A stretch of 64,000 nt of DNA from Octopus vulgaris (GCA_951406725.2 OX597818.1:63550001-63614000), one strand, 5' to 3'; shown: positions 11,587-25,155, counted from the stretch's first letter. Made by a program: numbers and translations. Notes: a model not told the origin generated them from the letters alone.

Positions 11587-12368
11587 TACGTAGTGGTTAA
11601 GAGCGCGGGCTACTGACCCCAAGATTCCGAGTTCGAGTCCAGCCAGTGACCTGCATAACTACAACAACAACAACAACAACAATAATAATAATAATAATGT
11701 ATTGGTATAAAAGATGGGCTACAGCAAATATTCTGCTCAGTACCACAGATTTGCTTGTCAGTTGTTTGACCTTAACTAGTTGAGCATGTCCCTTAGTGGC
11801 TGACGATATGTGCATCTCTGATCACGAGCAGAAGTAGTGAGGTAGCATCATAGCCATGTGTTGAGAGGGATTCTTTGGGATTTGAATAGTTCACCTCTGG
11901 AAACATGGGTGGTTCTTTCAACATCCTTAAACAACCCTTATTCAGGGAACTTTTGAGCCGGATGGGCTACTCAGCCTGAAGAAAATTCTAACTGGGCCCC
12001 ACCTGCAAGGTCATGTGCTGTTTATCTTGATATGAGATCACCATGTCGCGCACATATGGTTGTGATGCATGTGCCTGGTGTACCCTTATCAGACTGGTAG
12101 TCATGATGGGTATCTTGGGCATCGTATATTTTACCCCAGTGTCACTTTGATGGCATGAAGTGCTCTCTCACTCAATAATAATAATAATAATAAGATCGAA
12201 AAATACCTTAGGAATAAGAACCGAGGTTTGAAATTTCCCCAAGACACCCGATGAAGGCCGGAGGGTATATCAGCCAAAACGTTGTGGTAACAACAAACAA
12301 GATGGTGACAAATATCCGTCAAATGTAAATAATGTCAATAATACGTCATCTCTTAAATATAGAACTGT
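11587..12368 (+). mobile_element. tRNA-headed SINE family E with hammerhead-like tail, interrupted by an insertion (about 11700-12185)
   Basis: Box A gtagtggttaagagcgc, box B gagttcgagtcc, (AAC/AAT)n linker, tail homologous to 25972-26097 and 38465-38863. Confidence 0.65.
11700..12190 (+). mobile_element. Probable 3' end of a retroelement inserted in the (AAT)n linker
   Basis: GC-richer block flanked by (AAT)n on both sides, ending ctctctcactcaataataat. Confidence 0.45.
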
Positions 12369-12693
12369 ATTTTAAAATTTCAGTTTCAGTATTGTTATAC
12401 TGATTCCACCGACAGTTTGTAACCTATCTTTGTAGTCCTCGTATTTCTATGAAGAAGTATTTAATATCACATAATAAGAGTAGAAATTAATATTATTCAA
12501 TAATATTACTATATGATATCAATTTTAACCTGCGGTCAGAATACTTAGAGCTGTCCGAGGAGCGTGAATATTATTTAAACATAAACAATATGAGTAATCA
12601 TTATATGCATCCCTTCTATGATAAAAATAGACGTCTATTTTTAGCACACAAAGGATCCATATAGTAATCTTTAATATTGTTTTTGATATCATA

Positions 12694-13106
12694 CTCTCTT
12701 TTACTCTTTTACTTGTTTCAGTCATTTGACTGCGGCCATGCTGGAGCACCGGATTTAGTCGAGCAAATCGAGTACGGGACTTATTCTTTGTAAGCCCAGT
12801 ACTTATTCTATCGGTCTCTTTTTGCCGAACCGCTAAGTGATGGGGACGTAAACACACTAGCATCGGTTGTCAAGCGACGCTAGGGGGGACAAACACAGAC
12901 ACACAAACACACACACACATATATATATATATACATATATACGACAGGCTTCTTTCAGTTTCCGTCTACCAAATCCACTCACAAGGCATTGGTCGGCCCG
13001 AGGCTATAGCAGAAGACACTTGCCCAAGATACCACGCAGTGGGACTGAACCCGGAACCATGTGGTTGGTAAGCAAGCTACTTATCACACAGCTACTCCTG
13101 CGCCTA
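12694..13106 (-). mobile_element. SINE family C, near full length
   Basis: Head ggcgcaggagtagctgtgtg...gggttcagtccc, CORE-like cttgggcaagtg, tail ccagcatggccgcagtcaaatgactgaaacaagtaaaagag. Confidence 0.9.
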
Positions 13107-14263
13107 TTCATGATTATTCATATTCATGATTATTTGCTTTATGATTTTTGAGCTGTTTTCCTGTTTTTTAGGTCGCTTTTCTTTAAGAACTTCAGTAAAA
13201 TAGCAGAATATTTCGAAATTGGCGTAACCAAGTGTTGAGTGTCTTCATATTCTTCAATTCACTGATATTTCTTTGAAAGAACTTCCTTCTTTTTATAGCC
13301 ATTCGAGAATTTCCTTCTAATTTATTTTCTATTACCTACAGCACCACCAGGTACATTTATCAATCTTCAACTCACAATAATCTAATCATCTTGTATGTGA
13401 TATGATATCAGATTTAACCATTCAGATTCTATTCATAAAGAGAAATTATGCAATTGTCTCAACAGCAACTGCACAGGAAGATCCTTGATAAATAACCTCA
13501 TCATTTATTCATAAGACTCCAGTTCTTCTCTATATTTGTGCATAGACTGATGTTATGCTTATGTAGAAATTGTTTCATTCTCACACTGGATTTCCAAAGC
13601 GCAATGGCAGGTGTGTATATTCTCAATATGCTCATGAGCAGATTGAAAAGAAACGCACACGACAATTGGATTGGGCGAGCTTTTCAAATATGGTTTTCCA
13701 TATTTTCGGATCTCTTCATGATTCACTTCATTCTAAAAGAGATTCTTTTTCAGTCATCACCGATTTAAAATTTTAATAATCCCCATAATGGTCTTCAAAC
13801 GCCAGTAATAAGGTACGTTATTTTATGGTTTGTTTAAAATTCATTCAACCGATACCTAAGACCATGTTTACAATCCGTATTCCTCTAAGTAAACTCGTTA
13901 CGTAAGTGGTTAACTCGTTTATTTTCAACATCACTTTTGTTCGGCAAGTTTAAGATTTTCCTGATTTAGAAAACCATCATTTTCATCGGATATGTGTCCT
14001 GTTGGTAATTTTCAGAATAATACAATGCATATACTAGACTTATGCTTACTGACTTATTTGGTTTTCCCTCATCCTTCAGTTTCAAATCTATATTCGCCAT
14101 TGCAATCCATATTGTTGTTTTGTAACCACTACGCCATATGGTTAAGAGCGCAGGCTACTAGCAAGATTCCGAGCTTTGGCATTTGTCTCTGGCGATATCT
14201 ATATAATATTATGCTGAAGTTGCACAATCAGGTAGGTGCAATACCACCTGTCTTCGTCTTTTG

Positions 14264-14300
<37 letters not shown>

Positions 14301-14305
<5 letters not shown>

Positions 14306-15090
14306 TAATAAATAAAATATATGCATACATACAAACATATATGTACGTACCTACATCTACATGTATATATACATGCATATAAAAATATATATACGTGTGT
14401 ACAGGACACCACAAATAGACGTAGAACTCAACGAGAAACGAAAAGGTAAAAACAGCATGGAACGGACCATTTTTTTAACAACGGAAAAACAGAGTACAAA
14501 ACAACTACACAACGAAAAATACCCTTCATCAGCTGTCCCTAATTCAACTGCAGCGTGTTTCGAAGGTGAGGACAGAACACGTCTTGTCGAACTAGTCCTT
14601 CCTGCGAAAGAATTAAATAAAATTCCTTTGCAGAGGGGTAAAAACAATGTGACAAAAACAGGACATAAAAACAATACAATTAAAAACAAATACAAAATAA
14701 TAATACAATTACAAAAAATATAGTACAAGAAGGAATAGAAACAGGACAGGAAAACAAATAATGAGGGCCTATAGGTCTAGATGATGAAAATTTTTTTTTG
14801 TTTTTTTTCACGAGCGTAGGAAGAAACATGTTTACTTGAAGAAGGCCGCCAGCGAAAGGAAGTTCGTCGACCCGGCTGTGAGACAGATGAGGAGGAGTGA
14901 GAGAGAGAGAGAGAGGAAGGAAGCCAAAGAGGGTGAAAGAAAGAGAGAAGAAGGAGATATAGAGTTTCGCGTCATAATTATATATAAAAACCAGCTTAGA
15001 TAAGAGGATAAACGAAACAAAACGAATCGAATCGAATCGACGCGAAGGTGCTCAGTCATACAATAGTGTAATAAATAAAATATATGCATA
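14301..15090 (-). mobile_element. Penelope-type non-coding repeat (family F) with terminal direct repeat
   Basis: tagtgtaataaataaaatatatgcata at 14301 and 15064; inverse homolog at about 58430-59030; within (TA)n. Confidence 0.55.
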
Positions 15091-15100
15091 TATATATATA

Positions 15101-15182
<82 letters not shown>

Positions 15183-15699
15183 TGTGTACGTGTATGTATA
15201 TTTATAGATATATATATATATGTATATATACACACACACAGATATAAATGTATGTATTAATGAAAGTATAAAGAATAAAACAAAAATGATAGTGTTCAGT
15301 AGTTGTTTCAATAATTTGGCGACGCGATTTTCTGTCCAGGATATTTTTACATCGATTCTCTCTTTCTCTTGCATTACCCATTCTCTCTCTCACTTATTAT
15401 TACTCCCACTGCCACCATCAACGCTATTTCTTTTATCAACTCTTCCTCTCATTTATTTCTCTCTCTTCTCCTTTCTTTATTTTTTTTCTCTCTCTCTCTT
15501 CTCCTTTCTTTATTTTTTTTCTCTCTCTCTCTTCACCATTGTCCTCAACGTTTCTATGCCTAGTATTACTCTCACCCCAGCACGAGGAAGTGTCATTGAA
15601 TAGTGTGGGAGGGGGCCGAAGTGTGACACACTGACACACAGATATTAGTTTTCGGATTTATCATATTAGATATATGTAACAACTGTGAATAAAAGTCTG

Positions 15700-16008
15700 C
15701 GCTGGGTTGTGAGTGTTTACTGAGTGAAAGCACCTAAAGCTCCCCGAGGCTCCGGCAGGGGGTGGTGTCGGCCCCTGCTATACTCTTTCATCACAACTTT
15801 CTCTTACTCTTTCTTCCTGTTTCTGTTGTACCTGTATTACAATGCACCATCCTTGTCACACACTGTGTCCCGCTGACTCTCCCCGGGAACAACCTTAAGG
15901 ATAAGCGTGCGTATGGGATGCACATGAAGCTGCACTTTAATTTCACGAGCAGGCTGTTCCGTTGATCGGCTCAACTGGAGCCCTCGTCGTCGTAACCGAC
16001 GGAGTGCC
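15700..16008 (+). mobile_element. SINE family D, 5'-truncated
   Basis: Homologous to 18131-18500 in reverse. Confidence 0.85.
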
Positions 16009-16769
16009 ATGATATATAGATTGCTCGGGATACATGCACACACTAACGAACGAACACCCACACACACAGTCGCACGAACACAAACATGTACACATAATGG
16101 GTATTCTATATATACTTGAGTAATTTAACAAGTTTTTATTTGTTAAATAATGCACAATGTAGATATACGTGCAATTACACTGCAGTTACCATGAACGATT
16201 TCTGCTGCTATTGTACATAGTCTCTACCCTCATCTGATTATCACAGAGACTCTCTATATTTCATTTATTTCTCTCAGCTATGGAACGTCTATCAGAATTG
16301 TTAAATCGATTAATCAATTTTTTTTTTGCACCCCCGGCTAAACGTTGTTCGATCGTCTTATAATACATGCCATTCATAAAAAACAGAAAAAAATCACTAT
16401 CCCGCCTTGTGAGGCGTATCTAGGACAGTGTTATTAAATGTGTCTGTTGCCATTTACGATGGTAGGAAGTGCCTTAACAGATATTTGACAGCTCGTTCTA
16501 TCAATTGTGCAATTGCTTCGTCTACAGAGGGGAAATCGGGTGGAGAATTATTTTAATATTATAGACTTCAGGGAAAAATTAATAATAATGATTTCAATAA
16601 TATTCTTTTTAAGAAGAAGTACAACAACAACAACAACAACCATAAGAACAAAAACTACATCAATAACCACCACCACAACAACAGCAACAACAAGACAAAC
16701 AAAAACTATAACAACATGAAGAACACCAACACAACCATCAACACCTACAACTATAATACTAGCCTTCCT

Positions 16770-17878
16770 AATTACAGGCGCCAGTTCTGAAATTGTCGGA
16801 GAGGGAACTTGTCAATATCATTGCCTCAGTACTTGGTTAGTATTTATTTTTTGAACCAAGTATTTAACAAGAACTTTTTACATCGACCCCCGAAAGGAAC
16901 CTTGGCGGAAATACGACACACAACGTAAAGACAGACGAAAACCGAACTCGATAGATATACCATAATCCTCAAAGTCAAACTGATATTTGAGACGCTATTT
17001 TAAACAACATGGTTCCAATACGTGGCATTTGACTCATGCACTTAAATAATCTAAGACAGATATGGTAAGTTTGCACTTTTAGAAAAAAAATTTTCTACTC
17101 TAGACACAAGGCGCAAAATATTTGGGGCGGGAGCCAGCACGCAACTGTTACTTAATTTATTCTCCCCGAAAGGATAGATGGCAAAATCAACCTCAGTGGA
17201 ATTTAAACTTGCAACGTAAAAATGAACAAAAAACTGGCAAGCATTTTGTCCGGCATTGTAGCATTTCTGCAAACTACAACGCTTTACGTAATATTCTTTT
17301 CTACTCTATGCATAAGGCTTGAAATTTAGTGGGAGGAGGCCAGTCGAATAGATCAACTCCAGTAATCAACTGGCTAATTTATCGACCCCGAAGGATGAAA
17401 GGCAAAGTCGATTTCGGCGGAATTTGAACCCAGACGAAATACTAATTTCTTTACTACCCATTATTTCTTTATTGCCCACAAGGGGCTAAACACAGAGGGG
17501 ACAAACAAGGACAGACAAACGGATTAAGTCGATTCTATCGACCCCAGTGCATAACTGGTACTTATTCAATTGAACCCAAAAGGATGAAAGGCAAAGTCGA
17601 CCTCGGCGGAATTTGAACTCAGAACGTAACGGCAGACGATATACCTATTTCTTTACTACCCACAAAGAGCTAAACACAGAGGAGACAAACAAGGACAGAC
17701 AAGCAGATTAAGCCGATTATATCGACCCCAATGCGTAACTGGAAACTTATTTAATCGAACCCGAAAGGATGAAAGGCAAAGTCGACCTCGGCGGAATTTG
17801 AACTTAGAATGTAGCTACAGACGAGATACCGCTAAGCATTTCGCCCGGCGTGCTAACAATTCTGCCAGCTCGCCGCCT
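16770..17878 (-). mobile_element. Cluster/tandem array of SINE family A copies
   Basis: Repeated atcgaccccgaaaggatgaaaggcaaagtcgacctcggcggaatttgaactc units, all on the minus strand; units of about 187 bp at 17460-17830. Confidence 0.85.
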
Positions 17879-18130
17879 GCACTTCTAGAAAAATTAACTA
17901 ATATCTTTGACTCGTTTCATACCAAAGCGTAGAACAAACAATAATTGAAAGACGGCTGCAAACTTCCGATGAGGAAATGAGCAAGAAACTACTCTTTCAA
18001 TATATATGTGAATATATTCAAGTATTTGATATGTGTATTCCATTAAAAACTACGATTCTGAATACAGAGTAAATACCATTCCATAGAATGATCAGCAATA
18101 AAGAAAATGTAATATTGTTCTATTCTATGT

Positions 18131-18500
18131 TGGAAGCACTCCGTCGGTTACGACGACGAGGGTTCCGGTTGATCCGATCAACGGAACAGCCTGCTCGTGA
18201 AATTAACGTGTAAGTGGCTGAGCACTCCACAGACACGTGAACCCTTAACGCAGTTCTCGGGGATATTCAGCGTGACACAGAGAGTGACAAGGTCGGCCCT
18301 TTGAAATACAGGTACAACAGAAACAGGAAGTAAGAATGAGAGAAAGTTGTGGTGAAAGAGTACAGCAGGGTTCGCCACCACCCCCTGCCGGAGCCTCGTG
18401 GAGGTTTAGGTGTTTTCGCTCAATAAACACTCACAACGCCCGGTCTGGGAATCGAAACCGCGATCCTACGACCGCGAGTCCGCTGCCCTAACCACTGGGT
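18131..18500 (-). mobile_element. SINE family D
   Basis: tRNA-like head cagtggttagggcagcggactcgc...ggtttcgattccc; tail ccctcgtcgtcgtaaccgacggagtgcttcc. Confidence 0.9.
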
Positions 18501-20852
18501 CACTCCTCTATTCTAAGTATGGAAATTTTGAATAGACACACTATTATTAAAATTATTAACTGTGAAATTATCGTGTTATATAACGTAACATGAACTACAG
18601 ATCGATTCCCAAGACATGTGTACGCTTAGTCGTTGATGTATTGAAGAGACAATTTCAAATTTTCATTATTAATAAACTAAAGAAAGGCTTGGCGGGAATT
18701 TCGTCCGTCTTTATGATATAAGTTTAGATTGAGCGTCGAGGTCGACTTTGATTTTCATGATTTAGAGGTCGATAACAAAAGTAATAGTCGAGTACTGCGG
18801 TTGATGTAATCGGCTTCAACACTCCCCTGAAGTTTCTGGCTTTGTGCCAAAATTTGAATCCAGTATGAATAACGAAAAGTAACATGGAAATCTGTAGTAT
18901 TTATTAAAAGAAGGGTTATTATTTTGTTATCAAATGTTAGCTTGGGAAACACAGAGAATATCGACACTACATAATACATATCACGCTACATATGGCATAT
19001 ATATATATATATATATATAAATGTAGATTGTTAGATAGATATCTGTGTGTGTATGTGTGTGTCTATGTGTATTTATGAAGTATATATTCAGGTATCTGAC
19101 GTACAGACTATAAAAATAATTCAAATATAAAAATGTATTAATGTTCAAAAGAAACGTATACCATTGAATTTTCTTTTTACTACGTGAAGTCAATACTGGC
19201 GTTATCTACGGACATATTTCAGTAAACTTGATCTTTGGCGGATGTGTACCATTGAGGTAACTTTCGGAAGTGGTAACGAATAAATCGTTTAGAAAGTGTG
19301 TTGATAGCAGAAAACATATAAAAAATGATTGAGTGTTATTCAGATATTTTCTTTTATTCCTGCAGCTATTTGAATCTACTCCAGTCATGTTTTTTTTTCT
19401 TTTTTAAATTACTTAACGGAAGTGTAAATTCGCTGCAACTTGTTGAAATATCAACAAACGGATGTGTATTTATCGGTGTAGAAATAAAGTTGTTTATTGA
19501 GACACCAACGACAAAGAATAAATATTTGACAACATGTTTACTTACCTGAAACTGCTTAAACATTTTCGTGATACATACGTTTAGTGCAAGGATAAAAAAA
19601 TGCATTTAAAAGAAAGAGTTACAACACGTCAGTGGCCGAATTCGTTAAAAGAAACTAAACAACGAGGGTTTAAATATGACACGTCATTACACAAGCTTAT
19701 ACGTTATATACTCAAGGAATAACAATCGTATTTAACAAAGATAAGGACCTTCTAAGTAGGAATATAATGAAAACAGGTCATCAAGGTGATGCTAATATAT
19801 GAAAACCAATGTGTTTGTAAAACACAATACGAAACGATGTAAAAATTATAAAAAACGGATAATAACAACACCAAAAGTAAACAAATAACAGAAAATATTT
19901 TAAACCTTTATTTTCCGTCTCTTCAACGATGTTCTATGGAATAATTCAATGGAAGAAAGACAGAAACCAATTACAACCCTAAAAGAAAGGACTGGTATTT
20001 ATTGTGAAGCTGTGTAATGTGGAAGGTATATAGCGATGATTATATATTCCCATCATATATGATGTCAAGGTTGAAGCTTCCATATTCTTTGGAAATCGTA
20101 ATCTTTGTCAATAGAACAATAAACTCTAAGGCGTTTATTTTAGTGTATCATAACAATATCCACAAACACAGTGTGTTCCGTTCAAAAGTTAAATTCTAAT
20201 AAAATGTCAAATGAATAGATTATTACTTTCAGGTATAGAATATGTCAATGTTTAGATTGCAATAAACAATAAGAAAGATACAATATATATAATTGCCGAG
20301 GTTATGTAAAAAGTGATAATGTTTAATTAAGTGATGTGTCATTAGAAACGTATCACAAAATTAAAGAATTCCTGCTGGAGAGGTTATAATGCAAACACGA
20401 ATTCACTATTGAGTGGACAATGAAGATGTTTAATAGGAAATTTAACATGCGAAAAAAAAAAAAGACAAAAATGTTTTTGTTTTTTTTAAATGGACTGAAA
20501 TATATTTTCAGACTTTCATTGCCGATGATTTGAAAGTTCATTCATCAGTAAGAATAGGTTTAGCAAACCACCACACGATTTTTAAATCCCTACTGTTAGA
20601 AAAAACAATGAACAAACTGAATAATTTAGACTTCGATGCGTCCAAACGGGCGGGGTTCTATTTTCAATGATAACTTTTGTTAAAAGTGCAATCAATAAGC
20701 GTTGATCCGAGGTTAAAAAAACCCCAAATAACAACGATTAATACAATAACTTATTCCATTCGACATTTTATTCCCGACAGAAATAAAGAAAATATATAGA
20801 TATTCACCACTGGAGATGTGAAACAAAACTGATACCTAAAAAATTAACCAAC

Positions 20853-21096
20853 CTCTCCGTCAAGCGCTCTATGGCATTTGGACGGGATTGACCTGCCCCT
20901 CGCGGTGTCGTGTAACATTTCTGACTCGATTTGTGTCCCTGTTTCTCTCACGTAATACCTTACATCGGTGCCTACCAATCCGATGTGAATGACGTCAGAT
21001 GCTATAAAGGTGATGTCATCAACGTATGGTGACACATATGACCCCCCATCCCACTTCACACAAGACGTTCTTCAGTGGTTCTAGTTTTAATAGTAG
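20853..21096 (-). other. Candidate exon (non-coding or frameshifted)
   Basis: Unique GC-richer block; acceptor tactaatacttgttcag, donor GAG|gttggt; 69 open codons (VKWDGGSY...ALDGE) but the frame is not open from the acceptor. Confidence 0.3.
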
Positions 21097-21910
21097 CTGA
21101 ACAAGTATTAGTATATGTAGAAGAGATGTAATGAGATAATATTAACCTGACAGAGCACGGTATGCTAAGAAGGTTCACATGAATGACTGTTTACTCTAGC
21201 TACCAAGAAAATGTCCGTGTACATCGCAGCGAGCGATAAAATCAAAGTCGGCTCCGGCCGGGTTGGGAAGATGCTACTTGACATTTTTTTCTCCGGCGTA
21301 CAAACGAGTGTGTCTGCTGGTCACTCTAATAATAGCAGCAGAAATAAAACCACTAAACTTCGATTTAAGGTACAACAAACGAAACTGCGGAAGAAGGATC
21401 ACTCTATTCCATTATGTCCTTTTCTTGGCTCCTTCTATGTTTAGCGATAACAGATGAATGGAAGAAATTGGTGGAACCGTAATTATCTTAAAACAGAACT
21501 TAAAAAGCCGGGAGCAATGCTGCATTCCAATTTGCCCGACAGTTAATAACATCTACCGATTCCTTTGTCTCTCATAGATACACAACAAATATATATTCGA
21601 GAGGACGTGTTCAAGATGTCGCTCACCACTGATACAGTGTTTTATCGCATAAATACAAAATTGATGAACTGCAAATTTGACTGTGGTCGAAATGAATATG
21701 TACGTTGCAGGAAAAAACATTACCCGGAATGTTGTACCTCTCCCTCAAAAGTCTATCCGAACCCTTTTTGATAATTCATTGTGTTTTACCTGCATTGTTA
21801 TGGATTTTAATGGGATTGCGTTAGTCGCTAGTGAAGCGGTGATTTGAAATGTCAAATTTGACCCCCAATTTACAAGACGAAAGATAAAGTAAAATATGTA
21901 TCAAATATTG

Positions 21911-22530
21911 GGAAGAAGAAGAAGAGGTAAAAGAGGAAGAAGAAGAAGAAGAAGAAGAAGAAGAAGAAAAGAAAAAGAATGTGGAGAAGAAGAAGAAGTA
22001 GAAGAAGAAGAAAAGAAGAAGAATGTGGAGAAGAAGAAGAAGAAGAAGAAAAGAAGAATGTGGAGAAGAAGAAGAAGAAGAAGAAGAAGAAGAGAAAAAG
22101 AAGAAACGAAGAATGTGGAGAAGAAGAAGAAGAAGAAGAAATGAAGAATGTGGAGAAGAAGAAGAAGAAAAGAAGAATGTGGAGAAGAAAAAGAAGAAGA
22201 AGAAGAAGAAGAAGAAGAAGAAGAAGAAAAGAAGAAGAATGTGGAGGTCAAGAAGAAGAAGAACGTGGAGGTGAAGAAGAAGAAGAAGAAGAAGAAGAAG
22301 AAGAAGAAGAAGAAGAAGAAGAAGAAGAAGAAAAAGAAGAAGAAAAAGAAGAAGAAGACACTTGGTGTATCTCGGCAAATGACTGTAACAGAAATACAGA
22401 TTAAAAGTAAAAATCAACAACGACGACGACGATAATGAAGAATAAGAAGACGACGAAGGAGAAGAAGAAGAATAAGGATAAGAAGAAGAAGTAGAAGAAG
22501 AAAAAGAAGAAAGAAGGAGGAGAAGGAGGT
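21911..22530. repeat. (GAA)n compound satellite punctuated by gaatgtggag
   Basis: Recurring gaatgtggag motif roughly every 20-70 bp within GAA runs. Confidence 0.9.
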
Positions 22531-23567
22531 GGTGGAGTATAAATAGGAGTAGCAAGAGTAGTGGCAATAATTTCGATGAGAGAATATGCATTTTCTTAAA
22601 ATCTGAAAGATCTCCAATATTAGCAACTCTGAAAGAATATTATTAAATGAAGACAATATTATATGAAAGATTGTTGTACATAAAGCTGATAATTATGTTG
22701 AGTCATGCGTATGGTATTGTATTTAAAATTATGTGGCCTGTATTTGAGTTAGTTTCTTTGCAGTAGGAATATTACATAACATGTAGCTTACTCACAAAAC
22801 TATAATAAAATGAAATTAGATTTCAGGCGAAATTACTTTCTTCAAAATACCTCTGTATAAACTAATAAGTGCAAACATAAATTAAAGCACAGTAATTTAT
22901 ACCGATAAAGAAAGAAATGCAATGTGGAATTAAAGTAGATTTAGTTGGAGCGTAACTTAAATCATGATTGAAATGCGGCGAAATGCTAAAATATAATCTC
23001 CAAACGCAAAGCTACAGATTGTGTTGCGTGCTTCCACATTAAAGAGAAAATTACAAGTGCAGGTTGAATTAATGAACACTCCATCAGAGTTCCACAATCA
23101 TATTAAAAAAAAAAATACTGTAGCAGAGCTAAAACACACGATCACTATCAAATACTTGTATGTTTGTTGCCTTAAAAATCAATAAATGTGAAGAAATATA
23201 AATGCGAATATAATTGCATATATACGGAGATTTATAATAAAAGATAAAAATAAAATTAGTTTGAAGAAAATTGTAGCCAGATTTTGTGCAGGAAAATTGA
23301 AAGAAAACAAACGTCTCCACATACGAGTTAATCTACAACAAGGAACCAATGTACGCAATAGAACGAAACCCACCACAACACATTAAACACGTAAACATTG
23401 AGCAGAAACGAAAACAAATCAGTAAAGATTACAAACGCAATAAAGAAACCCTGAAAACGCAAAGAAATTTCTTAAGTATTTTCATTGGAATAATACGAAG
23501 TAAACAAGGCAATGCTGCTGCCATTCCGAATGGATAGAGAGAGAAAGGAGAGCTAGTAGCTAAACAC

Positions 23568-23599
<32 letters not shown>

Positions 23600-23920
23600 C
23601 ACGATGATCATGATGATCATGATGATGATGTCTTTACTTAAATCTGCTCAATTTGTTTATACTTCATCCTTTGTTGTCAAACGCTGCCACTGCCTCTTTA
23701 ACTTTCATCGTTGCTTTCTTCCTCAGTTTCAGTCTTTCAACATTCTTCTCGCTCCTCTCCCATTAACGCAGTCTCCACTATATGGCACCGTCAAGGATCA
23801 GTTGTTCCAATGAATATATATGCCGTACAATTACAAAGACGTCTGTATATATATATATATATATATATACGTTTAAATATTAGTTGTGCAAGATTTTTTA
23901 TGTGAAGTCGTGTGTTGAAA

Positions 23921-24798
23921 CAGATATTGCTGTATTTCGGAATGGTCATATTGCCAGTTTAGCCAATGAAAACACACGCACTATACATTTGGTGTTATTT
24001 TGCTTCAGTGTTATTTATTTTTTACATTAATCTTAATCTTATTTCGGCCAGAGTTCTTTCGTCACTCTCCTGTGACCGCATCAGTGGTCCTTTGTTTTCT
24101 TCTTTCTTATTTGTGTCTCTCCTTACTAACCGTATCTATAACCAATTCAAGTGTGTGAATAGAATACCGCACTATTTAATTCTCTGTTTTGAAAATTTTG
24201 AAAACAGCATTTAAAAGTTATTGTTGCGACGAAAACTAAAGTGACTAAACAAATAACAGACCATCTCTCACAATTATAAAATCCATACTGCAGGTCAGTG
24301 TGAGGATCTCGTGCAAACTCTCAGAATATTAGTTATATGTTATACATACATACATACATACACACAAGCATATGTAATGATGATAATAAGTGGATGTAAA
24401 CACGAACTAAATAAGAATAAAAAAAACAACAAAAACAAAAAAAAACAAAAACAAAATACAAATTACATGAACATATATAAACAGAAGATACAAATATTAC
24501 AGGCATCCCCCCACACACACACTAAATAAACATAGACGCACATAGAGATATAAGCATGCGCAAATGAAGACATACAATAGAAATACAAAATGGCTGACGG
24601 TTAGTAAGGTGAGACACAAATAAGAAAGAAGAAAACAAAGGACCGCTGATGCGGTCACAGGAGAGTGACGAAAGAACTCTGGCCGAAATAAGATTAAGAT
24701 TAATGTAAAAAATAAATAACACTGAAGCAAAATAACACCAAATATACAGTGCGTGTGTTTTTATTGGCTAAACTGACAATATGACCATTCCGAAATAT

Positions 24799-24805
<7 letters not shown>
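23921..24805. mobile_element. Inverted pair of about 210-bp Penelope-type repeats with hammerhead-like motif
   Basis: 23921-24133 is the reverse complement of 24597-24805; CTGATGC-g-gtcac...gtgac-GAAA-gaac-TC-tgg at 24646-24682. Confidence 0.7.
24146..24333 (+). repeat. Direct duplicate of 27242-27429
   Basis: About 188 bp, near-identical with few substitutions. Confidence 0.9.
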
Positions 24806-24882
<77 letters not shown>

Positions 24883-25039
24883 AAGTTTCCGTTTACTTTA
24901 AAGCAACGAAATGATACACGCCTTGTTTGCATGGGATTTAGTGTCATTCTTATTGTATGTACCTAATATTAACAGCTTTAATGGTACCCTTGCATAAGCT
25001 TTGATTATGCGTATCCAGCCATCTTACTGAAAAAGAAAC

Positions 25040-25155
25040 CCTGTCCGTAGTAACGCTTGTTTTTTACCTTCTTTCTACCTGAAAAGTAAGCGACAGTTAT
25101 CATCTCTTGAATCTTGTTTCTCTTATCTGACATTTAACGGAAGCTGAAACACTTT
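25040..25155 (+). repeat. Direct duplicate of 25687-25801
   Basis: ctgtccgtagtaacgcttg...ggaagctgaaacacttt occurs twice. Confidence 0.9.

Noticed and set aside
14515-14570. Type II hammerhead in family F (GAAA before CUGAUGA; also about 58775-58815)
   Set aside because: No consistent stems I/III or valid cleavage triplet could be drawn in both copies.
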